DNA of 64,000 nucleotides from Alphaproteobacteria bacterium (GTDB taxonomy: Bacteria > Pseudomonadota > Alphaproteobacteria > JAQWUY01): NCBI GenBank assembly GCA_965276005.1, contig OZ254962.1, positions 1,887,809-1,951,808 on the forward strand, in the 5' to 3' direction. The notes below the pieces were generated by a model, which saw only the letters and a program-made list of their open reading frames with translations, did not search any database and was not told the origin of the DNA. The position numbers were made by a program, and so were the translations under genes. Positions 9,448-20,927 of this stretch are shown here, in pieces. The stretch's first letter is position 1; the number at the start of each line of letters is the position of its first letter.

Positions 9448-11490
9448 ATGTCTGACCCACTCGTAGCACAGGAAAATACAAACAAAATACGCATCATATG
9501 CAGCGGTTATATGCTGTGTAACCTGTTTGTAATGTCATTCCTATTTTTTTGGTTTTATGTCATATATCGAAGTGAAAGTTTTAACTCTATAACTGTCATG
9601 TGGCTATATACAGCGTTTGTGGCATCGTCAACGATTGTTACGGCTTTTTTGTTACGCCATCAACAGACACCGCAAAATGTGGCTACTGTTAGCCTGTTAT
9701 TTGCAAGTATTGCCATTATAACCGTTATTTTTAGTCCATTTCGGGATATTCCCTTCGTTGCAGGTATATTTGGTAATATACGGATTCCCCTATATAGCGT
9801 ATCATTATTTGCCATTGTGTGCCTATCGTTAAAAATTATTGTGCTGTGCAGAAAGCACGCCCCCATAATAACACTGTGGTCGATGTTTGGATTTATTGTT
9901 ACCTCTTTCACAGTAATGTTTATTGCCGCCAACGATATGTTTAATCAGGACTTCAACGCAGTTACGGGCATTATCAGTCTGGTGATGATTTGTGCATTTG
10001 TCGACAGGAACATGTGGCAAAATGCCCATATATCTCATAAGATTTTAATTGTTGCAAGCATCTGCATTACACTATTTTTCACCCTTAGCAACGACAACCG
10101 CACCGCCCGGGCGGTGATATTGGTGGTTCCTGTCATGACCTTATGTACAATATATGTATTGCATAAGATTTTTCAACGAAAAATTGCTCTGCGACTTATC
10201 AGCTTACTGCCCATATCTGCACTTATGGTACTCACCTTATCGATACTTGTTGCCGCCCGACTTATTGACACACAAGCATTTGAAGGATCCATGTTCAGAA
10301 CCGTTTGGTTACGAGCCACATTATGGCAATCTATTTTACAAGGTATGTCATGGCAAGATTGGATTTTTGGATATGGATGGGGGTTGTCATATTTGCCATC
10401 GATAAATGCAACATGGGTTGAAGGCACAGGGAAATATTTGGGCAATGTGTATACGGGACAGTATGTGTCAAACTATTTGGGTGGCGGATTCGATCACGCC
10501 CATAATGAATTGATACAATTTTTGGGGGCGGGTATACTGTCAATGTCTATATATATCCTTATACTGTTTAGGCTCTCTTGGGATAACCGCCAGCGACCGA
10601 TTGTCATTGCCATGTTGACAACATATACAACCTTGTTGGCTACATGGTTTCATGTGACTGAGGACACCATTTTTTTAATGTTGGCTTTCGGGTTTTTGGC
10701 GGCAAGTAACACAAAAGTCACATACACATATACGCCCCCCATACTGATAAAAACCAAAGCGATAGCATACAAATATTTTTCCGTATTCTGTGGCGGGATT
10801 TTAATTGTATATGCGGTATTCGCCACCACCATTCATATTCCCTATGTATGGGCTGTACAAAAAAATAAAATTACCCGTGAAATGTACGATAATAAATGGT
10901 ATACTGGATTTCAAGTGAGCGGATACCGATTGGAATCTGTGTGGTGGCGTAATAGATTTAACAGAGCAGTATACAAATTGCAAAATAGTAAAAAGAGTTT
11001 CAATAAAGAATTTACAACCTATTTGGTCGATATGCTGGATACGATGAAAATTGTTGCCAAACAAGAAGGAAGCATCGCCCTATACGAATTGGCAGATACT
11101 TATAATTATCTGTTTAATATACGCAGTGAAAATCTGGTGTTAGAGAAAATCCGTGAGCGGGAATATGGCAATTGGGCGACTATTATGTTAATGGTTAATG
11201 ACGAACTAGACGGGCGACCCGATTTGTTTGTAAAATACATGAGGTGGCATTATCACAACCACTTTGACACGGCAATTTACGAAGTCACAAAACGCATCTT
11301 GGCAAAAAATCCCAATAATGCGGTGGCGTTATATTGGCGCTCGGCAATTTTTAGAAGACAAGGTAAAATGGTAGAAGCGGATGCGTACCTTAAAAAAGCA
11401 TTTAAAAATAACATCACCCGCTATCAAAAAACCACGCCCGATGAATATGAACAATACAAACATTTGATCGACCCTATATATCAACGATAA
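9448..11490 (+). CDS. O-antigen ligase (Wzy_C/WaaL) family polytopic membrane protein with C-terminal TPR-like soluble domain
   Basis: About 12 TM helices. O-antigen ligase signature loop 'GGGFDHAHNELIQFLGAGIL'. C-terminal 'AVALYWRSAIFRRQGKMVEADAYLKKAF' is TPR-like. Confidence 0.6.
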   Translation: MSDPLVAQENTNKIRIICSGYMLCNLFVMSFLFFWFYVIYRSESFNSITVMWLYTAFVASSTIVTAFLLRHQQTPQNVATVSLLFASIAIITVIFSPFRDIPFVAGIFGNIRIPLYSVSLFAIVCLSLKIIVLCRKHAPIITLWSMFGFIVTSFTVMFIAANDMFNQDFNAVTGIISLVMICAFVDRNMWQNAHISHKILIVASICITLFFTLSNDNRTARAVILVVPVMTLCTIYVLHKIFQRKIALRLISLLPISALMVLTLSILVAARLIDTQAFEGSMFRTVWLRATLWQSILQGMSWQDWIFGYGWGLSYLPSINATWVEGTGKYLGNVYTGQYVSNYLGGGFDHAHNELIQFLGAGILSMSIYILILFRLSWDNRQRPIVIAMLTTYTTLLATWFHVTEDTIFLMLAFGFLAASNTKVTYTYTPPILIKTKAIAYKYFSVFCGGILIVYAVFATTIHIPYVWAVQKNKITREMYDNKWYTGFQVSGYRLESVWWRNRFNRAVYKLQNSKKSFNKEFTTYLVDMLDTMKIVAKQEGSIALYELADTYNYLFNIRSENLVLEKIREREYGNWATIMLMVNDELDGRPDLFVKYMRWHYHNHFDTAIYEVTKRILAKNPNNAVALYWRSAIFRRQGKMVEADAYLKKAFKNNITRYQKTTPDEYEQYKHLIDPIYQR

Positions 11491-11511
11491 CACGGTATAA
11501 AAGTATATATT

Positions 11512-13053
11512 ATGAAAAAACACGCATATACGGATTTACGGCAATTTTTAGATATTTTAGAACAACAAGGGGACTTAGTGCGGGTACAAACCCCTGTTAG
11601 TACCCATCTGGAAATGACGGAGATACAAACTCGACTGATTCGGGACGGGGGTCCTGCTGTATTGTTTGAAAATGTCATAAAAGCTGATGGGCAGCCATCG
11701 CCCATGCCCGTATTGGTCAATTTATTTGGCACTATCGATCGGGTGGTACTAGGTATTACCCGTACTGTAAGCGGTGATTCGAATGGTGATATATTACGCT
11801 CAATAGGCGAAGAATTGGCATTTATGCGGCAACCGCCTCCCCCGCAAGGCATCAAAGACGCCCCCAAATTTATCAACCTTGCCAAAACCGTACTGACTAT
11901 GGCACCCAAAACCGTAAAAAACGCCCCCTGTCAACAGGTGGTCATAAGCGGCGATGCCATCGATTTAAACACCTTGCCCATACAGGGGTGTTGGCCAAAT
12001 GAGCCGGCACCGCTGATTTCGTGGGGGGTGTGCGTATCGCAAGGTCCCAACCCCAAAGCGGACAGAACGGACAATTTTAACTTGGGGATTTACCGTATGC
12101 AGCAGCTGGGCAAAAACCAAGCCATCATGCGATGGTTAAAACATCGGGGCGGTGCCCAACATCACCAAAGATGGCAACAACACAACACAGATCCCCTACC
12201 TGTGGCAGTGGTCATTGGAGCCGATCCGGCAACCATTTTAGCGGCAGTAACCCCCATACCCGATACCCTTAGCGAATACCAATTTGCCGGTCTGCTAAGG
12301 GACAAAAAAACCTCGCTAGTCGACTGTAAAACCGTCCCCCTAAAAGTCCCCGCTACCGCTGAAATCATTTTGGAAGGCACCGTGTCTCTGGGCACATACG
12401 CCGCCGAAGGTCCCTATGGCGACCACACGGGATATTACAACAGTGTCGAACACTTTCCCGTATTTACCTGTACTGCTATTACCATGCGTAACACCCCCAT
12501 ATACCTATCCACATACACCAGCCGCCCCCCCGACGAACCCAGTGTACTGGGCGAAGCGTTAAACGATGTATTTATCCCCTTGATTCAACAACAATTCCCA
12601 GAAATAACCGACTTCTGGCTGCCCCCAGAAGGCTGTTCGTATCGCATCGCTGTTATCAGCATAAAAAAAGCCTATGCGGGACACGCCAAACGGGTCATGA
12701 TGGGGGCGTGGTCGTACTTGCGGCAATTTATGTATACAAAGTGGATTATCGTTGTCGACGACACCATAAACGCCAGATGCTGGCAAGATGTGTGGTGGGC
12801 AGTATCGACAAAAATGGATCCCGCCCGTGATATAACTGTGTTGGAAAATACCCCCATAGACTACCTAGATTTTGCCAGCCCAGAAAGCGGATTGGGATCG
12901 AAAATAGGTCTGGACGCCACCGACAAAATCCCCCCAGAAACCCAAAGAGAATGGGGCAAAGGTATATACATGGACAAACAAGTCATACAAAAAGTATCAG
13001 ACATGTGGGAACAAATGGGCTTGCCCAAACACTCAAAACCCCCCATTTGGTGA
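11512..13053 (+). CDS. ubiD: UbiD-family (prenylated-FMN dependent) decarboxylase, 4-hydroxy-3-polyprenylbenzoate decarboxylase-like
   Basis: 513 aa. N-terminus '[49 protein letters not shown]' is the classic UbiD N-terminus. Confidence 0.8.
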   Translation: MKKHAYTDLRQFLDILEQQGDLVRVQTPVSTHLEMTEIQTRLIRDGGPAVLFENVIKADGQPSPMPVLVNLFGTIDRVVLGITRTVSGDSNGDILRSIGEELAFMRQPPPPQGIKDAPKFINLAKTVLTMAPKTVKNAPCQQVVISGDAIDLNTLPIQGCWPNEPAPLISWGVCVSQGPNPKADRTDNFNLGIYRMQQLGKNQAIMRWLKHRGGAQHHQRWQQHNTDPLPVAVVIGADPATILAAVTPIPDTLSEYQFAGLLRDKKTSLVDCKTVPLKVPATAEIILEGTVSLGTYAAEGPYGDHTGYYNSVEHFPVFTCTAITMRNTPIYLSTYTSRPPDEPSVLGEALNDVFIPLIQQQFPEITDFWLPPEGCSYRIAVISIKKAYAGHAKRVMMGAWSYLRQFMYTKWIIVVDDTINARCWQDVWWAVSTKMDPARDITVLENTPIDYLDFASPESGLGSKIGLDATDKIPPETQREWGKGIYMDKQVIQKVSDMWEQMGLPKHSKPPIW

Positions 13054-13115
13054 GTACAACAAAACCCAATCCAAAAAACAAACGCACAATACGACAAAAA
13101 CAAGGAGCATAAACC

Positions 13116-13421
13116 ATGAAGTATATAGCAATTTTATGTTTACCAATATTTCTAACCGCTTGTGGCAAGGAATTTAAAGACAAAAATATGACCCCTATTC
13201 GTACAGGTATGACTACAGAACAGATTCAAACACGATTTGGCGACCCCCACAAAGTTTCAGTTACCACCTGTGATACCACATTTAGCCTGCCCAAACCGTG
13301 TACTATTTGGCAATATACCCAATCCGTTTGGGGGGTTAAAATAAGTGATACCTTTACTTTTTATACGGATGAAACAGATGGAAAATTGTATTTAAAAGAC
13401 TTTGACATTAACCGATATTAG
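13116..13421 (+). CDS. Small lipoprotein, BamE/SmpA-OmlA-like (paralog 1)
   Basis: Lipobox FLTAC|G. 'GMTTEQIQTRFGDPH' resembles the BamE 'G.tk.qV...lG.P' motif. 101 aa. Confidence 0.5.
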   Translation: MKYIAILCLPIFLTACGKEFKDKNMTPIRTGMTTEQIQTRFGDPHKVSVTTCDTTFSLPKPCTIWQYTQSVWGVKISDTFTFYTDETDGKLYLKDFDINRY

Positions 13422-13541
13422 CTGGTATATTGCGATGTGCTAAAAAATATTTATTGTGCCAACTCCAGATTCTAGTTGCAAAACCAAATATTTTACAGTA
13501 CACTTAATGCGTAAAACATCAAATCTTAAGGAGAATAGAAA

Positions 13542-13868
13542 ATGAAATATGTGACAATTTTACTTTTACCAATATTTTTAGTAGCTTGTGGTAAGGGGTT
13601 TAGTGATAAAAAGGTTATGAGTATTCGTAAGGGTACCAGTGCAGAACAGATTCAAGCAATGTTTGGGGCTCCCCATAGCATTTCAGTTTCTACATGTGGC
13701 GTGGAAACTGACCAGCCTTGGAGCTGTACCAATTGGGAGTATGACCGAGCCGGTTGGACTACCACTGACGCAAAAGCCACCTTCACCTTTTATACAGATG
13801 AGACAGATGGAGAATTGTACTTAGATAGCTTCGATATCGACCGAGACCACGAAAAAACGCAATTTTAA
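13542..13868 (+). CDS. Small lipoprotein, BamE/SmpA-OmlA-like (paralog 2; tandem duplicate of 13116..13421)
   Basis: Lipobox FLVAC|G. '[15 protein letters not shown]'. Shares the C-terminal '[11 protein letters not shown](K/E)LYL' block with paralog 1. Confidence 0.5.
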   Translation: MKYVTILLLPIFLVACGKGFSDKKVMSIRKGTSAEQIQAMFGAPHSISVSTCGVETDQPWSCTNWEYDRAGWTTTDAKATFTFYTDETDGELYLDSFDIDRDHEKTQF

Positions 13869-15649
13869 TCGGATACCTTAATCGGCAGTTTTACCGCTAT
13901 GTGTACATCTTTTAACGCTTGTTCTGGCACTGCGTTGGGGGCTTGCATCAAAGCGTCTTGAGCGTTTTGGTTTAGGGGAAATGCGGTGATTTGGCGGATA
14001 TTCGGTTCATCTGCCAACAGCATAACGATGCGGTCGATACCCGGTGCTGCCCCTCCGTGTGGCGGGGCTCCGAATTTAAAAGCGTTTATCATACCGGCAA
14101 ATTTTTCGTCGACAAAGTGTTGGTCGTGCCCAGCAATGGCAAAGGCTTTGTACATAATTTCCGGCAGGTGGTTACGAATGGCACCACTGGAAAGTTCAAA
14201 ACCATTACACACAATGTCGTATTGGTATGCCAAAACATCCAGTGGGTGTTGGGTTTCTAAGGCGTGCATACCGCCTTGTGGCATAGAAAACGGGTTGTGA
14301 GAAAAATCGATTTTGCCCAATTCATCACTGTATTCGAACATGGGAAAATCGACAATCCAACAGAAGTTGTATTCTGTATCGCTGATTATATCTAGTTCCT
14401 CGCCGATTTTTGTCCGTGCCAAGCCGGCAAATGGGGCAGCTTCTTTTTCCATGCCACAAGCAAAAAACACCGCATCCCCCGTGTCGATGCCCGCCGCATC
14501 GATAATCATTTGTATACGGTCATCGGATAGGTTGTTGGCGATGGGACCGGCGGCACCGTCCGCTTTCAATTGGATATATCCCAGCCCCGCTTGTCCCTGT
14601 TGCCTTGCCCAGTCGTTGAGTTTGTCGAAAAACGAACGGGGCTTGTCAGCGGCATGGGGGGCGGGGATTGCCCGCACAACACAGCCTTGCGATACCAATT
14701 TGGCAAAGATTTTAAAGCCAGAATCCCGAAACGCAGCGGACACATCGCACATCTCAATAGGGTTGCGAAGATCAGGCTTGTCCGTACCATATTTTAACAC
14801 AGCGGTGTTATAAGCAATACGGGGAAACGGATATGGGGTTACGGACTTTCCATTGGCAAATTCGGTAAATACCCCATGTAGTACCGGTTCAAGGGCATCA
14901 AACACATCCTCTTGGGTAACAAAAGCCATCTCGAAATCTAGTTGGTAAAATTCCCCGGGGGAACGATCTGCCCGGGCATCTTCATCACGAAAACAAGGGG
15001 CAATTTGAAAATATCTATCGAATCCTGACACCATTAACAGCTGTTTAAACTGTTGCGGTGCTTGTGGCAACGCATAAAATTTGCCCGCATGTAAACGGCT
15101 GGGAACGATAAAGTCCCTTGCCCCTTCGGGCGAAGAGGCGGTTAAAATCGGCGTTTGAAACTCGATAAAACCACAATCGGTCATACGGTTGCGAAGGGAG
15201 GCAATGACTTTCGAGCGTAACAAAATGTTTTTCTGCATATGTTCTGTACGCAAGTCAAGAAAACGGTATTTTAACCGCATATCTTCCGGGTATCCTGCGT
15301 CTTGGTTTACGGGAAATGGCAACGGATCCGCTGCCGATTGCACGCAAAAATCTTGAATCTGCACTTCGATAGCACCGCTTGCCAAATTTTTGTTGACGGT
15401 ATCCGCACTGCGGTTGACCACCACACCGGTAACGGTTACTACGGTTTCGTTTGATACGCTCTCGACGGCACCAAACAACGCATGGGTATTGTCGATGACA
15501 CACTGGGTTAATCCGTGCGTATCCCGAAGGTCTAAAAACAACAATCCCCCATGGTCTCGCACCCGGTGTACCCACCCAGACAAACGAACAGTCTCGCCCG
15601 TGTGTGCGGTGTTTAATGCGTTACAAGTATGTGATCGATATGCGTGCAT
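13865..15649 (-). CDS. aspS: Aspartyl-tRNA synthetase
   Basis: 594 aa. Class II aaRS motifs ([24 protein letters not shown]). Bacterial-type AspRS with the GAD insertion domain. Confidence 0.95.
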   Translation of the reverse strand: MHAYRSHTCNALNTAHTGETVRLSGWVHRVRDHGGLLFLDLRDTHGLTQCVIDNTHALFGAVESVSNETVVTVTGVVVNRSADTVNKNLASGAIEVQIQDFCVQSAADPLPFPVNQDAGYPEDMRLKYRFLDLRTEHMQKNILLRSKVIASLRNRMTDCGFIEFQTPILTASSPEGARDFIVPSRLHAGKFYALPQAPQQFKQLLMVSGFDRYFQIAPCFRDEDARADRSPGEFYQLDFEMAFVTQEDVFDALEPVLHGVFTEFANGKSVTPYPFPRIAYNTAVLKYGTDKPDLRNPIEMCDVSAAFRDSGFKIFAKLVSQGCVVRAIPAPHAADKPRSFFDKLNDWARQQGQAGLGYIQLKADGAAGPIANNLSDDRIQMIIDAAGIDTGDAVFFACGMEKEAAPFAGLARTKIGEELDIISDTEYNFCWIVDFPMFEYSDELGKIDFSHNPFSMPQGGMHALETQHPLDVLAYQYDIVCNGFELSSGAIRNHLPEIMYKAFAIAGHDQHFVDEKFAGMINAFKFGAPPHGGAAPGIDRIVMLLADEPNIRQITAFPLNQNAQDALMQAPNAVPEQALKDVHIAVKLPIKVSD

Positions 15650-15799
15650 AATACAGTATTCCTTATATTTGGTTTGATAATCCGTATACCCATCGTATAT
15701 ATATTACAGCATTTGTCAAGAAAACAGTTGCATAGTTTACAAATGTAGCCTATATACATACCCATATATACATATAAACAGCTTAGAAAACATATTGCA

Positions 15800-16948
15800 A
15801 TGCAGATTATCACCACTACGGCAGATGTGGTCGCCCTGTGCGACCGGTTAAAATCCAGCCCTTATATTGCCCTTGACACAGAATTTATGCGGGAGGGTAC
15901 TTATTATTCGGAGCTGTCGCTTATACAAGTGGCAACGGACGATACGGAAGCCATCATCGACCCCTTAAACGCAGCTATCGATATATCGCCGTTTTTTGAC
16001 ATATTAAACGATACACACATCGTTAAAGTGTTGCATGCTGCCCGACAGGATTTAGAAATTTTTCATGTGCTGATGGACGGACGAGTCCCCGCCCCTATTT
16101 TTGATACACAGGTTGCGGCGGCTTATGTGGGGTATGGCGACCAAGTGGGATATGAAACCCTCATCAACCGCATTTTAAAAGTATCGATTAACAAATCCGC
16201 TCGCTATACGGATTGGTCAAAACGCCCCCTAACACAAACACAATTGCAGTACGCTATTGGCGATGTGACCCATTTACGCCATATATATAAACACCTGCAA
16301 CAGCAGCTCAGCGATAAAAATCGCAGCAGCTGGATTGCCGATGAAATGGCGATGTTGCAATCGCCCAGCACATATGCTATGCCCCCGCATGAGGCGTACC
16401 AAAAAATAAAATACGGACGGGCAAAACCAAAGTTCTTGGCGGTTTTACAGCAGATAGCATGTGTACGAGAACAACAAGCCAAACACAAAAACCTAGCCCG
16501 CCGCCGCTATATCAAAGACGAAACCCTAATGGACATCGCCGGCACCATGCCCCAAACCCACGAAGATCTATCCCGCATTCGGGGCATTCCCAAGTCGTGG
16601 ATTCACAAGTATCACGGCAATTTAATCCTAAACGCCGTACAAAAAGCCCTAGACCTAGACCCATCGGCATATCCGCAAGTACCCGAACACACCCCCCTAA
16701 CCAAACCACAGGCAAACACCATTGAAATATTAAAACTGGTATTAAAAATCTGTGCCAACGATGCGGACATAGTCCCCCGTTTAATCGCCAGCACCCAAGA
16801 CATAGAAAACATCGCCCGGGGCAAAAAACACATAACCGACCTACCCACATGGACATACGACATTTTCGGCATATACGCCGAAAAAATCCTACAAGGCAAA
16901 ATCGCCATTACTTTAAAACAGGGCAAAATTTGCCTAACAGATGGATAA
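15800..16948 (+). CDS. rnd: Ribonuclease D (3'-5' exonuclease plus HRDC domain)
   Basis: 382 aa. DEDDy exonuclease motifs (ALDTEFMRE..., VKVLHAARQDLE, YAIGDVTHL). HRDC-like C-terminus. Confidence 0.85.
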   Translation: MQIITTTADVVALCDRLKSSPYIALDTEFMREGTYYSELSLIQVATDDTEAIIDPLNAAIDISPFFDILNDTHIVKVLHAARQDLEIFHVLMDGRVPAPIFDTQVAAAYVGYGDQVGYETLINRILKVSINKSARYTDWSKRPLTQTQLQYAIGDVTHLRHIYKHLQQQLSDKNRSSWIADEMAMLQSPSTYAMPPHEAYQKIKYGRAKPKFLAVLQQIACVREQQAKHKNLARRRYIKDETLMDIAGTMPQTHEDLSRIRGIPKSWIHKYHGNLILNAVQKALDLDPSAYPQVPEHTPLTKPQANTIEILKLVLKICANDADIVPRLIASTQDIENIARGKKHITDLPTWTYDIFGIYAEKILQGKIAITLKQGKICLTDG

Positions 16949-17012
16949 CGCCCTTGACAATTTAACAACATAGCGTATACAATATGCACAAAACTATTAA
17001 GGAAAAACCAAA

Positions 17013-17318
17013 ATGCAAAAAACATATTATGCGGTTATAACCCACAAACAGGGCGATTCGGATTACGGGGTGTTTTTTCCCGAAGTCGACAATTGTTTTA
17101 CCAGTGGCGGCATGGTAGAAAACGCCTGCGATGTATTAGAATTACATTTCGCCGATTGGCAATGGGCGGACCCAAAGTCTATGCCATTTGCCGATTTAAA
17201 CATTGAACTAGACCCAGCCGATGGCGAAGTGGTAACGATTGTTCCTGTTTCTGTGCCTGTCAGGGAACATACAACCCGTCCCAACACCACCATTAACCCC
17301 CGTGTTGTACCAGCGTAA
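17013..17318 (+). CDS. HicB-family (UPF0150) antitoxin-like protein; no hicA partner detectable
   Basis: 101 aa with a 'YYAVITHKQGDSDYGVFFPEVDNCFTSGGMVENACD' HicB-like core. Strong sigma70-like promoter (TTGACA-17-TATACAAT) and RBS (AAGGAAA) upstream. Confidence 0.55.
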   Translation: MQKTYYAVITHKQGDSDYGVFFPEVDNCFTSGGMVENACDVLELHFADWQWADPKSMPFADLNIELDPADGEVVTIVPVSVPVREHTTRPNTTINPRVVPA

Positions 17319-17454
17319 ACGAAATCGGTGAAAACTGTTTGGCGTTTATTGAATAGGTCGTACGGGAAAAGTCACGAAATACCATACGACTATTCCCTCT
17401 CCTCACCACCATTCCTATACAAAATGAAGGAGTCTATTGAACATATGGTTAACC

Positions 17455-17820
17455 CTATTTATTGGTTGCGTCTTTTAACACTTGATGTATATCTGTATCC
17501 ATTAAATGAGTATTCATCGCCATATAATCCACAGCCTGCATACTTCGCACATCTCTGGCATGGACATCTGCCCCACTATCAAGTAACAGCTTGATAACTT
17601 CTGGATTACGACCTAAAAAAGCCCCTGTCATTAATACGGTTATATCACCTGTTTTACGGTTACGGGCGTTGACATCCGCACCAGAAGCAATTAATAACTT
17701 GATAACCTCTAGGTTTGTGTTTTGCCATATAGCATTCATTAAAGGTGTATTTCCCTTATTATCGGTGGCATTTATGTCTAGTCCTTGTGTAATATCAGTC
17801 TGTAGCACTTGTGGGGTCAC
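17455..17820 (-). CDS. Ankyrin-repeat protein (3 ANK repeats)
   Basis: 'GNTPLMNAIWQNTNLEVIKLLIASGADVNARN', 'ITVLMTGAFLGRNPEVIKLLLDSGADVHARD'. Canonical ANK consensus (TPLH.A...G..E.vklLl..GAdvna.d). Confidence 0.8.
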   Translation of the reverse strand: MTPQVLQTDITQGLDINATDNKGNTPLMNAIWQNTNLEVIKLLIASGADVNARNRKTGDITVLMTGAFLGRNPEVIKLLLDSGADVHARDVRSMQAVDYMAMNTHLMDTDIHQVLKDATNK

Positions 17821-17994
17821 ATTTCGCCAATAGTATAAATCTTGTAACCATGCGTATGTTTCGTCATCTATCTTATTGCTAACTTTTGCATAATCCTACG
17901 CATAAAGTCAATGAAAACGATTTGCTAATAAACTTAATACAGTACGGTTTCAACGGAATTCGCAGAAAGTTAAAGTAACACGAAACAGATAAAA

Positions 17995-18663
17995 CTAAAT
18001 GTCAAACTTCGGACTATCCAATGCGTCGAGAATCTCTCTCACAAATGGTATTGTAACGGTGGTTTTTTCTGATAGGGATTTGGTGTTTAGGGTTTTTACG
18101 AAACTTTGTACCGCCTCATACGAACGGTGTAGTCTTGGGATTATGTATGATACGACTTCGCTGGTTAAGAATATGTTGTAATCGTTTAGGGTTTTTAACA
18201 ATATGTGGTGCAATACTATATCAGAGGGGTTTTTTAGGGATATGAGCATGGCTTGTTGTAGTCTGGATATGACATCGGGGGTTTTGAAGGGTATTGTTTG
18301 TATGGGGTGGGTGCTGGTTAGCACACATTTTGTTTGGTTTTGTTTACATGTATTTAGGGCGTGAAACAGGGTTTGTTCGCACATGGTGTCCACATTGTCG
18401 ATGACACAATAGGTTTTGTCCTGCACATGGTTTAGGGTGGTGTTTGCCCCTTGCAGCACGGGGATACTGTGTTTTTGTGCATAAATGTGGGCTAGGTGGG
18501 TTTTGCCGGCGGCTTTTGTGCCGCACACCAGCAATGTATTATCGCCCCACAGGTGCGGTTTTAGGAGTATATCCAACGGGTTGAGAACGACGGCGGGATC
18601 GACAAAGTACGATTCGATACTGTAATCATACACAACGGCAAAATCTAGGGGGAGCTGCGTCAT
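17995..18663 (-). CDS. hda: Hda/HdaA-like DnaA-related regulatory inactivator (AAA+ fold)
   Basis: 222 aa. Walker A-like 'CGTKAAGKTHLAHI', Walker B 'VIDNVD'. DnaA domain-III-like but no DNA-binding domain IV. Confidence 0.6.
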   Translation of the reverse strand: MTQLPLDFAVVYDYSIESYFVDPAVVLNPLDILLKPHLWGDNTLLVCGTKAAGKTHLAHIYAQKHSIPVLQGANTTLNHVQDKTYCVIDNVDTMCEQTLFHALNTCKQNQTKCVLTSTHPIQTIPFKTPDVISRLQQAMLISLKNPSDIVLHHILLKTLNDYNIFLTSEVVSYIIPRLHRSYEAVQSFVKTLNTKSLSEKTTVTIPFVREILDALDSPKFDI

Positions 18664-19709
18664 TCCTGTCCTTTATACAGATCAGATTGTACATAATATT
18701 TGTATATCACCCGGGCAGAGGTGCCTATAATTGCCGCCAGTGGCACCGCCAGCAGCACGCCCAAGAACCCCATCAGCACCCCGAATACCATCAGGGCAAA
18801 AATCAGCCACACGGGATTTAAACCCACCTTATCGCCGACAATGTTTGGGGTCAGCACCATGCCCTCCAGCGTTTGGGCAACCGCATGTACCAGCCATACC
18901 CATATCACAGCGGTTACATCCGTAAACTGCACCACCGCCAGCAAAGTCGCCAAAAACACCCCCACAAACGACCCCACATACGGGATAAAACTTAACACCC
19001 CTACCAACACGCCAATAGCAACCGCATATTGCAATCCCACCAACCACAGCCCTAGCGTATACAGACTGCCTAAGGCAACCATCACAATCAATTGCCCCCG
19101 AAAGAATGCCGACACCGTGCGATCCAGCGAAGTCAACCACTCGACCGCAAAAGCTCGATATTTTACTGGTACACAGCTGATTAAAATAGGCATCACTCGA
19201 TGTATATCTCGCAACATATAAAACAACACCACCGGCACCAATACCAGCAAAAACGCCCCGTTTAAAATATTGCTAAACTGTTTTGCCGCCACTTGTAAAG
19301 ATTTGCCTAAATACTGGTTTAACAGCCCTTGCAGCTGCGTTACAATATTGCTTATGTCGGGAATTTCTACGCCATAGCCGGCTAAAATCTGTTGTGTCCT
19401 CGATAAAGCGGTGGGCAATAATGCAATAATCTGTTGTGTTTGTTCCAATATAAGAGGCAACAGCAACGCCAAAAACCCGGCAATTAAACCCAAAAAACAC
19501 AGCACCAACAATAGCGACCCCAAACCCCTTGGCACCCCGTATGTTTCCAACCCGTCGACAACAGGCGTCAACACATAGGCAATAATCGCCGATATAATAA
19601 ACGGCCACAACACGGATTGCACCGCCCCCAACATGTAAAACAGTGCCGATAGGGTTGCCAATAATAATAATAATCGTATGGTTATAATGCCTTGCATATG
19701 TATTTCCAA
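18660..19709 (-). CDS. AI-2E family transporter (PerM/YdiK-like)
   Basis: 349 aa with about 8 TM helices and AI-2E family-like sequence. Confidence 0.8.
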   Translation of the reverse strand: MEIHMQGIITIRLLLLLATLSALFYMLGAVQSVLWPFIISAIIAYVLTPVVDGLETYGVPRGLGSLLLVLCFLGLIAGFLALLLPLILEQTQQIIALLPTALSRTQQILAGYGVEIPDISNIVTQLQGLLNQYLGKSLQVAAKQFSNILNGAFLLVLVPVVLFYMLRDIHRVMPILISCVPVKYRAFAVEWLTSLDRTVSAFFRGQLIVMVALGSLYTLGLWLVGLQYAVAIGVLVGVLSFIPYVGSFVGVFLATLLAVVQFTDVTAVIWVWLVHAVAQTLEGMVLTPNIVGDKVGLNPVWLIFALMVFGVLMGFLGVLLAVPLAAIIGTSARVIYKYYVQSDLYKGQE

Positions 19710-19739
19710 TGTAGCGTTATGCGTTATACAGGCACATCC

Positions 19740-20828
19740 TTATGATGTTGCCTGTGTGTGGTCGACAATCCACACGGTATCCTGTGTGTTTATATCATAC
19801 TTTTTTTGTTGTAAGAACAAATAAAAATTTTTTAATACGCCTGTGTATTGTACAGAAGCTGTAACGATGTTGCCTTGTACGCTGTACAGTTCCACCGCTT
19901 GCACCATAGGATAGGTCTGCAACCGGGTTTTTAACGCCTGCCAATCGTCGAGGGTGTTTATGGAAAATGTTATTTGAATAATTTTATTGCCTTGTTTTTC
20001 GGCTAAGGCGTGTTGTTTTTTCCACTGCAATTCTGCATCTTGGAAAAACCGCACCGCCAAATCGCCTAAAGTATTTAGGACTATGGTGTCTGTATTGGGC
20101 TGTCCCATGCGTATGGGGGTGGGGAATTTTTCTATTAAAGTATACTGAGTCCCATCTAAAATGCCGCCAATAGCCTTATACTTGAGTACAATTCCGGTCG
20201 ATTCCACATGCACGCTGGCAATCAGCACCGTATCCGCCCCGTATGACAATCCAAATCTGAGCATTTTATCCCGATTGGCAAGCACATGCCGATCGACTTT
20301 TAGTGAATCTTGCATGCCCCTATCGGACACATACAGCGGCAACAATCCGCCTGAGGAGTCGATATTTTGCAAGGCGGTTTGCCACATATTGGTATATTCG
20401 TATATTTGCATAATCCCCTTATAGGTAAACACCGGCACAATAAGGGCGGGAAACCCTTTGTCTTCCACAAAGGCAATGCTTTTTTTGCGTAACGATTGTT
20501 GAATCCGCAACGGGTCGAGATAAATAATAATTTCCGCCCGGTATCTGTTCGAGTGGGTTTTTTCCGATAGCACATCGATCTTTTTGATAAACGATTCCCG
20601 TTCCGTTTGTGATACTTTACGGGCTTCGTCTGGGTCGAGTAAAATGCGTTGTATCACCTTGTGCCAAAATGTATTTTTTGCCTTTTGAAAACCTTTATTT
20701 TTGGCATCTTGTGCGGTCGCCCCTTGTTCATTAATGACAATCACAGACGATGTATACAGGGGGCTAGCGATTGCCCCGCCCAAAAAAAGCAGCCCATATA
20801 AACATATACATACAATAAAGCGATTCAT
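19740..20828 (-). CDS. Secreted/periplasmic protein of unknown function
   Basis: Signal peptide MNRFIVCICLYGLLFLGGAIA|SP. No recognisable catalytic motif. A G11 tract lies about 100 nt upstream of its start. Confidence 0.4.
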   Translation of the reverse strand: MNRFIVCICLYGLLFLGGAIASPLYTSSVIVINEQGATAQDAKNKGFQKAKNTFWHKVIQRILLDPDEARKVSQTERESFIKKIDVLSEKTHSNRYRAEIIIYLDPLRIQQSLRKKSIAFVEDKGFPALIVPVFTYKGIMQIYEYTNMWQTALQNIDSSGGLLPLYVSDRGMQDSLKVDRHVLANRDKMLRFGLSYGADTVLIASVHVESTGIVLKYKAIGGILDGTQYTLIEKFPTPIRMGQPNTDTIVLNTLGDLAVRFFQDAELQWKKQHALAEKQGNKIIQITFSINTLDDWQALKTRLQTYPMVQAVELYSVQGNIVTASVQYTGVLKNFYLFLQQKKYDINTQDTVWIVDHTQATS

Positions 20829-20927
20829 AGGACGGATTGTACATCATTTTTATAGCAAAAAAAAGCTATAAAAAACGCCTGCTAAAACATCGATCGCATT
20901 CCCCCCGTCCCCGTACCATCGAGGGGA

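Noticed and set aside
17328-17594. 88-aa plus-strand ORF after hicB
   Set aside because: It largely overlaps the well-supported ankyrin gene on the opposite strand. It has no RBS and a low-complexity composition.
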